64,000 nucleotides of DNA from assembly GCA_947491315.1 (NCBI GenBank), contig CANLII010000010.1, positions 2,210 to 66,209 on the forward strand, in the 5' to 3' direction. The DNA comes from Ignavibacteria bacterium. GTDB taxonomy: Bacteria; Bacteroidota; Ignavibacteria; Kapaibacteriales; UBA961. Of the stretch, positions 1 through 9,567 are shown piece after piece. The translations under genes were made by a program, and so were the position numbers. The notes below the pieces were generated by a model. That model was not told the origin of the DNA. It searched no databases and worked only from the letters and a program-made list of their open reading frames with translations. How positions within the stretch are numbered: the stretch's first letter is position 1; the number at the start of each line of letters is the position of its first letter.

Positions 1-149
1 GCGAAGTAGAATTGATTGCGAAAGTAAGTCCAAAGGATAAAGGATATTTCAATGGTGTTGTAAAGATGAAAACAAATCATCCTGATTATGGCACTTTGGA
101 AATCGTAGCTTATGGGAATGTCAAGCCATCTGTGGTTGACCCCAAATAA
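1..149 (+). CDS. 3' end of a CDS cut by the window edge; Ig-like, possibly DUF1573-type domain
   Basis: Open frame from nt 3 reads EVELIAKVSPKDKGYFNGVVKMKTNHPDYGTLEIVAYGNVKP..., with TAA at 147-149 followed by a terminator. Confidence 0.6.
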   Translation, partial: EVELIAKVSPKDKGYFNGVVKMKTNHPDYGTLEIVAYGNVKPSVVDPK

Positions 150-168
150 GTAATCGGACATAAGATTG

Positions 169-198
169 AAGGCGACCATTGGTCGCCTTTTTTGTTTT
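169..198 (+). terminator. Intrinsic terminator, possibly bidirectional
   Basis: AAGGCGACC-ATT-GGTCGCCTT stem plus T-tract between convergent genes. Confidence 0.85.
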
Positions 199-543
199 TT
201 ACAGCAATCGTAGATCACCAATGATGGGAAGTCGCTTCATTTGCCCTTTTCCCGCATTGATGACTCCGATGATTGAAAAAATTATCGCAGCAACATATAC
301 CAAACCGCTGATCATTCCATCGAATGGAAGAAATGGTATATAACTGACAATACTTGAAAGTACATACAGTAAAAATACATTAACTCCTTGCCTTGCATGA
401 AATGTCGCAAATGTGGATTGCTTTGCCAATAGTAAGGGAATCAGCACCAAAATCCCAAGATATGCGCATATCGCCTTGAATTTATTTGATGCAATATCTT
501 GTGGATCAGCAAATTCAAATTCATCATTATTGAATGAACTCAT
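199..543 (-). CDS. DUF4870-like small membrane protein
   Basis: Three hydrophobic segments; ICAYLG...FHARQG...AGKGQMKRLPIIG pattern; GGAG upstream. Confidence 0.75.
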   Translation of the reverse strand: MSSFNNDEFEFADPQDIASNKFKAICAYLGILVLIPLLLAKQSTFATFHARQGVNVFLLYVLSSIVSYIPFLPFDGMISGLVYVAAIIFSIIGVINAGKGQMKRLPIIGDLRLL

Positions 544-670
544 TGTATAGCTCCATAGTGTATGTATGTGCGAAAGTTAGCCAAACTGCATGTATATTCC
601 ACATGTCACTTGTTGCATTCTTGATTTTTCGCGAACTTTGTCCCATTCTTTCATCCCATTGAGTTTCAAT

Positions 671-1324
671 ATGGAACGCTTACAGAGCTTCGGACCATTG
701 ATTATTCGCCTCATAGTTGGTTCTTCATTTGCATTTGCAGGTATTGTAAAAATCGGTGCTGAAAATCTGAAACCTCCAACTTTTGCAATGACTGCTGATT
801 TACCAATAGCTCTCTTCGGCATTGCGCTTCCATGGATTGAATTGGTATGTGGCATGGCATTGCTCATCGGACTTCCCTTTTCTGATCCCAAACTTCGAAC
901 ACTTGCCCGAATATTGATTGGAACAATTTTCATTGCCGCGGCAATAGATAAAATTGCAAATCCCGAAGCATTTGCAAAGAGCATCAATAATTTTCATCTT
1001 CTTCCCTATGAAGCACTGAATCTTCCTGCTTTGATTTTACCCTGGGTTGAATTATTGACAGGTGGTATGCTACTGTTCAGAATCCAAGAAAAAGCTGCTT
1101 CTTTTTTGATTTCGGGAATGCTCATCGTATTTATCATTGCCATTCTCATTGCCATAGCTCGTGGATATAATATTGATTGTGGATGCTTTGGAGAAAGCTC
1201 ACCGGCCGCAGCAGCCGAAGTCACTAAAGTAGGATGGGCAAAAGTACTTGAAGATGCCAGATGGCTCGTGGCATCCTTATTTCTCTTCATGACTGCAAAA
1301 AACGAAGGGAGCATCGAGGACTAA
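671..1324 (+). CDS. Tandem DoxX/MauE-family membrane protein
   Basis: Two R-x3-G-x2-F-x5-KI...LPW(I/V)EL modules and a C-terminal IDCGCFG motif; start moved to the ATG at 671. Confidence 0.75.
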   Translation: MERLQSFGPLIIRLIVGSSFAFAGIVKIGAENLKPPTFAMTADLPIALFGIALPWIELVCGMALLIGLPFSDPKLRTLARILIGTIFIAAAIDKIANPEAFAKSINNFHLLPYEALNLPALILPWVELLTGGMLLFRIQEKAASFLISGMLIVFIIAILIAIARGYNIDCGCFGESSPAAAAEVTKVGWAKVLEDARWLVASLFLFMTAKNEGSIED

Positions 1325-1325
1325 A

Positions 1326-1901
1326 ATGGCACATTGGCTGATTGTTGGATTGGGAAATCCCGGAGATCGATATGAATCCACCAGACATAATATAGGTTGG
1401 ATGATTGCGGAAACATTTGCGAAATCAAAACAAGCCGGTTTCAAGAAAGGGCGCGGCTCTTGGCTTGAGAGCGAATGCTCGGTTCAAGGGAAAAAAGTAT
1501 CTATAATCTTACCCGAAACATATATGAATAATGCCGGTCAGGCAGTCGGTGAATTCATACGCTATTATAAAATCCCCACAGAACATGTCATTATTCTCGT
1601 GGATGAGTATAATTTTCCTGTCGGCAAAATGCAATTGAAACAGGGTGGTTCCGATGGTGGACATAATGGAACTTCATCGGTGATATCACATATAGGACCC
1701 GGTTTTTGGAGATTCAGATTTGGGATAGATAAAAAATTCGGTCCGGGACAAATGGCAGATTATGTCTTATCACCATTTGCACATGATGAAATAGAAAGCA
1801 GAAATGCCATGATTGAAAGAGGAGTGAAAGCTTTAGGTATGTTCTTTTCCAATAATCCTTCGAGAGCATTGCAACAAATCAATGCTGAAAAAGAATTATA
1901 A
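1326..1901 (+). CDS. pth: Peptidyl-tRNA hydrolase
   Basis: GLGNPG-x2-Y-x2-TRHNIG, PETYMN, GGHNG motifs. Confidence 0.97.
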   Translation: MAHWLIVGLGNPGDRYESTRHNIGWMIAETFAKSKQAGFKKGRGSWLESECSVQGKKVSIILPETYMNNAGQAVGEFIRYYKIPTEHVIILVDEYNFPVGKMQLKQGGSDGGHNGTSSVISHIGPGFWRFRFGIDKKFGPGQMADYVLSPFAHDEIESRNAMIERGVKALGMFFSNNPSRALQQINAEKEL

Positions 1902-4178
1902 TACTTCGAGCAGGAATGAGATTTGTACCATGCCTTCCATGGTTTTGGGATAATTGATGGACTGTGCGGCCTTCAAAATACAATTATCAATTTCAGGGAT
2001 ATTTAATTCTGAATCAGCCATTGAGATCTCGGTGATATTTCCGTCTTCATCATAAATCACCAATATCTGAATTGTACCTTGCAAGTGAAAAAACTTTGGC
2101 AATGCCTCGGCATAGCAAGCAAGCATTGATGAGAGTTGCTGTTCAACAGTATTTTTATAGACATCCAATATGGTATTATCCATCACTTTTTCTGTCATCA
2201 CTGAGCCAACGCTGATCAAACCCTCTTCATCATGAGCACCTGCATCTTGATAATTACAGGCGGCTTCCACTTCCACTTCATTTGTTCTGGCCAACTGCAT
2301 CCCCGAAGAACTCGTCACAAGTGTTCCACCAATTGCAAGATTCAAAGGTTGATACATAATTGCAGGAATCACTTTCTTTTTACCCAATTCATTCCCCAAG
2401 ACTCCAAATGCGGTATAAGGAGTTTGCACACCATAACGCTTGCCAAGTTTTGTGATTTCATTCACGCGTTGACTGGTTCTTTCATAGACATTATAATCAA
2501 TCAGCAATGCAATCCTCTGTTTGGCCCAAAGATATGGCAGCGCTGTATTTGATACTGTTTGCTTTATCGAAGATATCTCAAGTGTTTTGGCAAATGACTT
2601 ATCTCCCATCATGCCGGTTATCACTATTCGACCTTTTGCCTTACCCTTGAATTTTCCAAAAATCATGACTGGTCTTTCAGAATACAAATCAGGATAACTG
2701 GCCGGTTCAAGTTCGATTGCATTGAATCCATCAAAGCCAACTTTCAATTTAGTGAGAGCTGGATTCTGCAACATTCTCACAATATTATTTGACTGCTGTT
2801 CCATTGACTCAAGATTTCCTTTCAGAGCCATGGGTTCTGACATCGTCAAACGAGAAATCGCATCAAAAAATCGTTCATTGCTTTCATTTCCGGTTGCAAT
2901 TGCGAAGATATTGGCATCTGTCAATTGCATTTTCACTTGTTCAAATATATCCGGACCTGCATCCACAAAACCATTTGACAGAATGATGATGGTTCTTGCC
3001 GACATGCTTCCCGATTGAGGTTGAGACAGAATATTGGTCAAGCGATCAATCAGCGCAATTGGCTCAAGTCCTTCGGTTTCTTGTACTCTATTGAAAAAGA
3101 CATGAGCCCTTGAGACCATATCTTTTGTGCAGAATTGCGATGTGTCGGAAAGTTGAATATTCTCATTTCCAAAATGCTGAATATTCACTTTGTCTCCGGG
3201 ATACAATCCCTTTGAGAAAGAATTCCAAAAGGTAGATGCAGCGCCTGTTTCCAAAGCAGATGAATCACAGAGGATCACATATTCATGTGAATGATTGGAA
3301 TCTCGCAATTGTTTGTTAACCGGAGGATGTAGCGTCAAGAGGAAGAATTTATCATTATTGTCTTCATACATCATCACATTAGCGGCAGGTTCCTGATCGG
3401 CAAACTGATATTCAACGGAAAGTTCTTGTGGACTATGTGGTGATTTTGATGAGAATGTTCCAATGAAGGCCGATTCATTTTCTTGCAATGCAAATCCCTT
3501 TGCAGTACAATTGGCCATGGATCCACCCTTTGCGACTATCACAGTTGAAGTGAATGATCCAGCAGGAAATTCCTTCATTTCTGAAAAACTTGTATCGGAA
3601 AAGGTGTCACGATACAATGGAACAAAATCTAAAACTTTGAGATAATATGGTCTGAGCGGTTTGGGTAAAATAAGTTGATATGTTCCCAAATTTGGTTTCA
3701 TTATTTGTGTATAGCGGATCTCATAGGAAACTCTCATTCCAGGTTGAATCCCTGACACATGCATTTGAAAAGCATTAGGTTCATTCCAACTGAGAAAAAA
3801 TGGATCAAGTTTTTTCTTCGCTTGATCATATATCTCTCGAACTTTTTCTTTGTCCTTCATCTCGGCTTTATACGATTGATTACCCACTTTCACCATTCCG
3901 CCATGAATCATGATGGAAGGATGCATAGGCATGAGTAGTGATGCCTCGAGTGTTGAACTGCCCTGATACACAAAAAATTGTTTGATGATGACTTCGGTTA
4001 TGATTCCTGAGACATGCGCTTCGATATGGGTTGAATCAGGCAAAAGGGAGTCAATATCAGAGGCATCGCTATTGACAATAAATCTTGGGAATGGGATATC
4101 TTGAGCCGATATTCGAGTAGGAATCGAATATAAACACATAATGACAAGAATGATGTGCAGTCGGAACATAGATATCAT
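1896..4178 (-). CDS. Secreted VIT + VWA domain protein with C-terminal AgmX/PglI (TonB-C-like) domain
   Basis: Signal peptide; VIT-like N-terminus; VWA core; LWAKQRI...TPYTAF motif; C-terminal CY...GxI...NCI...YP fold. Confidence 0.75.
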   Translation of the reverse strand: MISMFRLHIILVIMCLYSIPTRISAQDIPFPRFIVNSDASDIDSLLPDSTHIEAHVSGIITEVIIKQFFVYQGSSTLEASLLMPMHPSIMIHGGMVKVGNQSYKAEMKDKEKVREIYDQAKKKLDPFFLSWNEPNAFQMHVSGIQPGMRVSYEIRYTQIMKPNLGTYQLILPKPLRPYYLKVLDFVPLYRDTFSDTSFSEMKEFPAGSFTSTVIVAKGGSMANCTAKGFALQENESAFIGTFSSKSPHSPQELSVEYQFADQEPAANVMMYEDNNDKFFLLTLHPPVNKQLRDSNHSHEYVILCDSSALETGAASTFWNSFSKGLYPGDKVNIQHFGNENIQLSDTSQFCTKDMVSRAHVFFNRVQETEGLEPIALIDRLTNILSQPQSGSMSARTIIILSNGFVDAGPDIFEQVKMQLTDANIFAIATGNESNERFFDAISRLTMSEPMALKGNLESMEQQSNNIVRMLQNPALTKLKVGFDGFNAIELEPASYPDLYSERPVMIFGKFKGKAKGRIVITGMMGDKSFAKTLEISSIKQTVSNTALPYLWAKQRIALLIDYNVYERTSQRVNEITKLGKRYGVQTPYTAFGVLGNELGKKKVIPAIMYQPLNLAIGGTLVTSSSGMQLARTNEVEVEAACNYQDAGAHDEEGLISVGSVMTEKVMDNTILDVYKNTVEQQLSSMLACYAEALPKFFHLQGTIQILVIYDEDGNITEISMADSELNIPEIDNCILKAAQSINYPKTMEGMVQISFLLEVL

Positions 4179-4251
4179 GATGAAAGATCAAACATTCTGC
4201 AAATATACCCAATCTCTATTTGAAGCTCTTGATTTTACCTGAACTTGATGT

Positions 4252-6555
4252 TCATATTTTGATTTCCCAGTGAATATCAAGGGTTTTTGCATCCACTTCC
4301 ATGCGAATAAGAGTTGATTCTTCCACTCTTCCATAAGCCCTGGAATAGATTGCGGGAATAATCTCCAATGCAAATCCGGATAAGGAGTTTAGCGATATGG
4401 TCTTACCCAATGGACTCTTCAAGTGTACTGTTCCGGACTTTTCCTGATGCACTTGTATGCCTGGAACGCAGTGAAATTGTACGATTTTCCGCATTTCCAT
4501 TGCGCAATGATCATGTCCTTTGATGCTTTTCTCCGAGAAAATCAATGTTCGCATATGTGGCTGACCATAGGCATGATGCACGCCTTTCCATGTTTTGTCA
4601 TTGAACATTCCGTCTGCATTTGCTTGATCTGGTTTCATCCAAAAGAGTATATCTCCCGGACCTTCAATCCAAGTGTTTTGTTCTTTTCCCGGAATAATCA
4701 TTGTGGAATGCATCGTGACCGATCTTCCGATATTGCGCATGAGGGGCGATGGCGTATACCAAAAAGTACCGGGATCTCCGAAAAATTCTTCACCTTCAAT
4801 CGAGAGAAGAAAAGACAGTTGATCATTATGCGCATGACCTCCCTTGCCTTTTTGTCCGATTGAACCTGCTCTCATGATTGCGCCATATTTTTCATGCTTG
4901 ATGCTCCACAGTCCAAATGCCGGATATGAATGCAAATGCGGATATGCATCTCCAAATGGCAATGGCATATTCGGGGATCCCGACATTTTATATTCAGGTT
5001 CAATGATGGAAGAAATCAATTGATATTCAATGGAGCCAACTTGTTCAAGCATTTCGGGAATTGTTATCTGAAGTGCTCCGGCAATAATCCCCAGTGCAGG
5101 CCTGCAATCCAAAGTATCCGAAATCCATTCAAAAGCTTCATCGGATTTATTATGAGGAAATATACTTTTCACATCAGGCAATTCGAATTCAGGATTTAGA
5201 TTTTGATACTGAAACTGTGCTTCGCGAGCATCAAGCCAATTACCCGAAGGTGTCATGCGAAAAGTGAAGCCACTATCATTGTCTCCAATATTTGGAAGAT
5301 GAATTCCATCCATTGCAAGCAGAATGATTGCATCATATGATTTTCTAATGATTGATTTCAATTCAGAAAGGGCTTTTGTAAACTCAGAGGGAGTGGCGGG
5401 CTGAATGGTAGCAGAAAGTGAGCGGAAATGTACGGGACTGGTACAAATCTTTTCTCTTTCTTCATCGCTGAATGAGGAACAAACCCCAAGAATGATGGAA
5501 AGCAATTCAGATGACAAACCATGATATGGCATTGATGCTTCAACATTCAGTCCATCCTGCAAGAATTGTTGTTTTGCTTCAGCCACGGTTTCAGCTAATG
5601 CGAATCGCAATATTCCCGCATATTCATCTGTCAAGGGCAAACCCTTCAAACCAATCACTATTCCGACAAGATTTGCCAGATAATGATTTCCTCTGTTGGT
5701 CGGCGACCATTCAGGATGCTCCATGATATGCATGACATGCTCATGCAAAGATCTTCTGAAAATGCTTGAGAATTCTCTGTCCCATTCAATCCCAATAGAT
5801 CTGAACATATCATAAGCAATGAGCATATTGAGTATGCGCAAGCCACAATCCATCGGACTTTTCCATTGTACGCCAAATCGGGGTGGATTGAATGCAATGA
5901 AATCAAGAACCTGCGTACGAAAAACATGCGCATAAAATTCTTTGCTTCGGATTGGAGATTCCTCTTGGTCTGTCAGCATTGCGGCACAAGCAAGATTTGG
6001 GGCATGCGTGAATCTTCCCAATTCCCAAGGGACTTTGATATCTGAGCCCTGAACCAATCCATATTGAATTTCACTATAATGCATGAGTGCATCCCAATGA
6101 TATCCGGATTTACAATCCAATTGCCAATCAATTGGGAAATAATGCAAAAGTTCAGCTCCCCTCTTGAGTCCATAAGGTGAGTTAAGCAATATATCAAGGA
6201 TTCGTGCCGATTCAGGATAATTGGAAGATGTGACAGATTCCTTCAATCGAATATGATGATCCTGCCTTTTGATTGTCATATTCACCCAACCACTGTCAAG
6301 AATTGTAAACAGTGATTGCACATGATTGTCAGCCAATGCCTTTATGGACAATGCATGAGCATACATGGCATCACCACCGGGAATCCCAACGATTGGCGAT
6401 TGTTCATCATGATATTCTGCTCGGGCATAAGTACAAACTCTTTTATCTTTCAAGGCTTCAAACCATGCACCACCCTCTTTGGCCAATCTTCGATATGCTT
6501 TCGAAGCCAGCTGGCTCATAGGGACCATTTGAATATGACTGAGTAAATCTTTCAT
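4252..6555 (-). CDS. Heparinase II/III-family protein
   Basis: DIKVPWELGR, GNHYLANL, EASMPYH, GHAHNDQLSF, DPGTFWYT motifs. Confidence 0.85.
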   Translation of the reverse strand: MKDLLSHIQMVPMSQLASKAYRRLAKEGGAWFEALKDKRVCTYARAEYHDEQSPIVGIPGGDAMYAHALSIKALADNHVQSLFTILDSGWVNMTIKRQDHHIRLKESVTSSNYPESARILDILLNSPYGLKRGAELLHYFPIDWQLDCKSGYHWDALMHYSEIQYGLVQGSDIKVPWELGRFTHAPNLACAAMLTDQEESPIRSKEFYAHVFRTQVLDFIAFNPPRFGVQWKSPMDCGLRILNMLIAYDMFRSIGIEWDREFSSIFRRSLHEHVMHIMEHPEWSPTNRGNHYLANLVGIVIGLKGLPLTDEYAGILRFALAETVAEAKQQFLQDGLNVEASMPYHGLSSELLSIILGVCSSFSDEEREKICTSPVHFRSLSATIQPATPSEFTKALSELKSIIRKSYDAIILLAMDGIHLPNIGDNDSGFTFRMTPSGNWLDAREAQFQYQNLNPEFELPDVKSIFPHNKSDEAFEWISDTLDCRPALGIIAGALQITIPEMLEQVGSIEYQLISSIIEPEYKMSGSPNMPLPFGDAYPHLHSYPAFGLWSIKHEKYGAIMRAGSIGQKGKGGHAHNDQLSFLLSIEGEEFFGDPGTFWYTPSPLMRNIGRSVTMHSTMIIPGKEQNTWIEGPGDILFWMKPDQANADGMFNDKTWKGVHHAYGQPHMRTLIFSEKSIKGHDHCAMEMRKIVQFHCVPGIQVHQEKSGTVHLKSPLGKTISLNSLSGFALEIIPAIYSRAYGRVEESTLIRMEVDAKTLDIHWEIKI

Positions 6556-6648
6556 GGATATTGTTTAGCAGAAGGATGTGAGATTAAGTACAAATTACTT
6601 ATCCGTTTTCATGCCATTTTTATGGATTGGGAGAGATAATTTTTCAAT

Positions 6649-6688
6649 AAAAAAAAGCGGTTCTTCAATATGGAAATTGAGGAACCGC
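6649..6688 (-). terminator. Intrinsic terminator of the 6712-7044 gene
   Basis: Minus strand reads GCGGTTCCTCAAT...ATTGAAGAACCGC followed by a long T run. Confidence 0.85.
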
Positions 6689-6711
6689 AAATAAGGGTTG
6701 AATGGGATATA

Positions 6712-7044
6712 TTATTTCAAAGTCGGGGGAAATACTGTCAATTTCATGGTTTTATTGTTTTTGGAAACCACATTGAATCCAACCAATCCGAATATATGAT
6801 TACCGATATATTTGACTGATGAAATCAGCGGATCATCCACGATCGTTTCTTCCACTTGAATGACTTTGATATTCCAGAAAGCCACAGGGAAATCATTACC
6901 TGGCTCGGTTAACTCCAGAATAACATCACCTCCGATGTCATTTGGTCCAACAATATTATCACTGCAAGAAACGATGACAAATAATAACAACAATAGTATT
7001 GAAGCCACTTTCACAGTCGGTTTAAAACATAATAGATCATTCAT
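6712..7044 (-). CDS. Small hypothetical lipoprotein
   Basis: Hydrophobic stretch then lipobox-like IVSC; has its own terminator. Confidence 0.6.
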   Translation of the reverse strand: MNDLLCFKPTVKVASILLLLLFVIVSCSDNIVGPNDIGGDVILELTEPGNDFPVAFWNIKVIQVEETIVDDPLISSVKYIGNHIFGLVGFNVVSKNNKTMKLTVFPPTLK

Positions 7045-7196
7045 GTGTACACCCGAATGATGAGAATGATTACTTTCAAGTTATTGAAGCTATGATTGGC
7101 AATCAATGATATTTGTCAGTTTGACAAATGACTTGAAACTTATTGAATGGCATGATCGTTTCAAACCTTCCTATTGTACAACATTCTCTTCTTTAT

Positions 7197-7934
7197 ATGA
7201 AGCACCCTGATATCGAATCTTTGAGAGAACAACTCATCAATCATGATCTCTACATATCCATGAAAACCGGTGAAGATCTTCGGAGATTCATGGAAACTCA
7301 TGTCTTTGCGGTTTGGGATTTTATGTCACTTCTCAAAGCTTTGCAAAGAAACCTCACCTGCGTGGACCTTCCTTGGATGCCAAAAGGTGACCCCGAGATT
7401 CGACAATTAATTAATGAAATCGTGCTTGGAGAAGAAAGTGACATTGATGAAAATGGAGTCATCATGTCGCACTTTGAAATGTATCTCCTTGCCATGCAAG
7501 AAATTAACTGCGATCTCTCCCCAATCCGATCATTCATGTCATTGATTCAAAGTGGCATGCCGATTAATCAAGCATTGATTGAATCAAATGCTCCGAAAGG
7601 TGCTCAACATTTTGTGAATCACACCTTTTCCATCATTGAATCAGGTGCAATTCATTCAATAGCAGGTGTTTTTACCTATGGCAGAGAAGATCTCATCCCC
7701 GGCATGTTTCTTTCCATCATTGATGCCCTGCACAAAGAAGGAACATTCAGCGCCCCACGATTGAAGTATTATGTGCAAAGACATATCGATGTCGATGGCG
7801 ATCATCATTCTCATTTGGCTATCCGAATGGTTGAATTACTCTGCGATGATGACAAGAAAAACGAAGAAGCACATACTGCTGTCATTGAAGCTTTGCAAGC
7901 AAGAATCGCACTTTGGAATTCCATCATTGCATAA
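7197..7934 (+). CDS. DUF3050 heme-oxygenase-like protein
   Basis: FMETHVFAVWDFMSLLK, INEIVLGEESD, SHFEMY, RHIDVDGDHH motifs; start moved to ATG 7197. Confidence 0.9.
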   Translation: MKHPDIESLREQLINHDLYISMKTGEDLRRFMETHVFAVWDFMSLLKALQRNLTCVDLPWMPKGDPEIRQLINEIVLGEESDIDENGVIMSHFEMYLLAMQEINCDLSPIRSFMSLIQSGMPINQALIESNAPKGAQHFVNHTFSIIESGAIHSIAGVFTYGREDLIPGMFLSIIDALHKEGTFSAPRLKYYVQRHIDVDGDHHSHLAIRMVELLCDDDKKNEEAHTAVIEALQARIALWNSIIA

Positions 7935-7940
7935 ATAGAA

Positions 7941-7984
7941 GAGAATTCATGATATCCTCAGGGATATGCATGAATTCTCCTTTG
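7941..7984 (+). terminator. Hairpin after DUF3050, probable terminator
   Basis: GAGAATTCATGATATCC...GGATATGCATGAATTCTC long stem with a weak T tail. Confidence 0.55.
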
Positions 7985-8215
7985 TATCCTGAGTTTTTTC
8001 CATATCATGATCCAGCCAATAGATCATCTGCTGATACGGTGAAAAAACAGCACTGATGTTTTTTTTCAAAACATCAACGCTCACAATTTACCGTGTGGGG
8101 ATGACGTAGATTCTACTCATTATCTACTCATTTTGATGTTTTTTCAAAAAAAACGACATCTTTTTCTTCTTTTCAGGTTTCACATCAAGAGAATTTCTCT
8201 TGCTGACAAAATCCG

Positions 8216-8223
8216 TAATTTTG
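8216..8223 (+). promoter_or_regulatory. Bacteroidota-type -7 promoter element
   Basis: TAATTTTG matches TAnnTTTG, 4 nt before the MFS start codon. Confidence 0.5.
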
Positions 8224-8227
8224 CCGA

Positions 8228-9493
8228 ATGAATATTCACAGCAATGACCCCTATGCCGCTCTGCGGATTCCCTCCTTTCGACGCATTTTGCTAGGTAGAC
8301 TTTTTCTTACGCTTGGCATTCAAATTCAAGCAGTTTCTATTGGTTGGCTTCTTTACATCAAAACAGGTGATCCGCTTGCTCTTGGATTGAGTGGTTTGGC
8401 CGAGGCAATTCCATATATCACTACCTCGATGTTTTCAGGCTACATTGCTGATACCAAGAACAGGAAGCATGTTTTGATGGGTGCATTATTTTTCCTATTT
8501 CTTGCTTCAATTGGATTATTGTTTCAAATCATGTCGGACTTGAATGCGAGCACACAAAGTTTGAATACACTACCTTATTATTTTGCTTTATTCTGTGTTG
8601 GTTTGTCACGAGGCTTCATGGGACCCTCTCTCCAAGCATTATGGGCGGATATCGTGCCCAAAGAAATTTATCACAATGCTGCCACTTGGTCTGCGAATCT
8701 TTTCAATTTTGCTGCAGTGTCCGGTCCTGCAATTGGTGGTTTGATGTATGGCTTCATGGGTCCGATTTCAGCCAATATCGCCGTTTGTGTATTGCTCGTG
8801 CTATCATTGATAGCATTCACATTCGTTCGATATGTGAGACCGCAGCATAAACCGAGCAATGAAAGTCTTGGACATAAGTTAACTGCAGGTTTGAAATTCG
8901 TGTTTTCCCATCAAGTGCTGGTCGGCGCCATGGCACTTGACATGTTTGCTGTTTTATTTGGTGGAGCGCTTGCACTTCTGCCGGCATTCACAAAAGATGT
9001 GTTATTTCTGGGTCCTGAAGCATTGGGAATTCTTCGCGCTTCTCCATTTGTCGGTTCTCTTCTCATGGGAATGTATTTAGCGCATCATCCACCGATTGGT
9101 CAAACCGGAAAATTACTTCTCATTGCTGTAGCGGGTTTTGGAGTATGCATGATTGCATTTGCGCTTTCCAACAATTATTATTTGTCTTTGATTTTGCTTG
9201 CCTCAAGCGGTGCATTCGATAATATCAGCATGGTGATAAGAGGAAGCATAGCTCAGCTTCTCACCCCCGATGAAATGCGAGGAAGAGTTTCGGCAGTGAA
9301 TGGAATATTCATCGGTGCTTCCAATGAAATCGGTGCCTTTGAAAGTGGTTTGGCCGCGAGATTTCTCGGGCTGATTCCATCAGTCATTGCAGGCGGTTCA
9401 ATGACATTACTTATAGTTGCGCTCACATCTTGGCGTTTACCTGCGATGCGATCATTCTCCATTAAAGAACATGGTATGAATCAAGACCGATGA
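8228..9493 (+). CDS. MFS transporter (MFS_3/EntS-like)
   Basis: About 12 TM helices; GYIADTKNRK motif A; TPDEMRGRV motif. Confidence 0.9.
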   Translation: MNIHSNDPYAALRIPSFRRILLGRLFLTLGIQIQAVSIGWLLYIKTGDPLALGLSGLAEAIPYITTSMFSGYIADTKNRKHVLMGALFFLFLASIGLLFQIMSDLNASTQSLNTLPYYFALFCVGLSRGFMGPSLQALWADIVPKEIYHNAATWSANLFNFAAVSGPAIGGLMYGFMGPISANIAVCVLLVLSLIAFTFVRYVRPQHKPSNESLGHKLTAGLKFVFSHQVLVGAMALDMFAVLFGGALALLPAFTKDVLFLGPEALGILRASPFVGSLLMGMYLAHHPPIGQTGKLLLIAVAGFGVCMIAFALSNNYYLSLILLASSGAFDNISMVIRGSIAQLLTPDEMRGRVSAVNGIFIGASNEIGAFESGLAARFLGLIPSVIAGGSMTLLIVALTSWRLPAMRSFSIKEHGMNQDR

Positions 9494-9567
9494 AATCCTT
9501 CAATGGAAAGCCAGATAATCTTTGTAATTTGTGATGCAGTCTTCCACCAATCTCATGACATAACATT

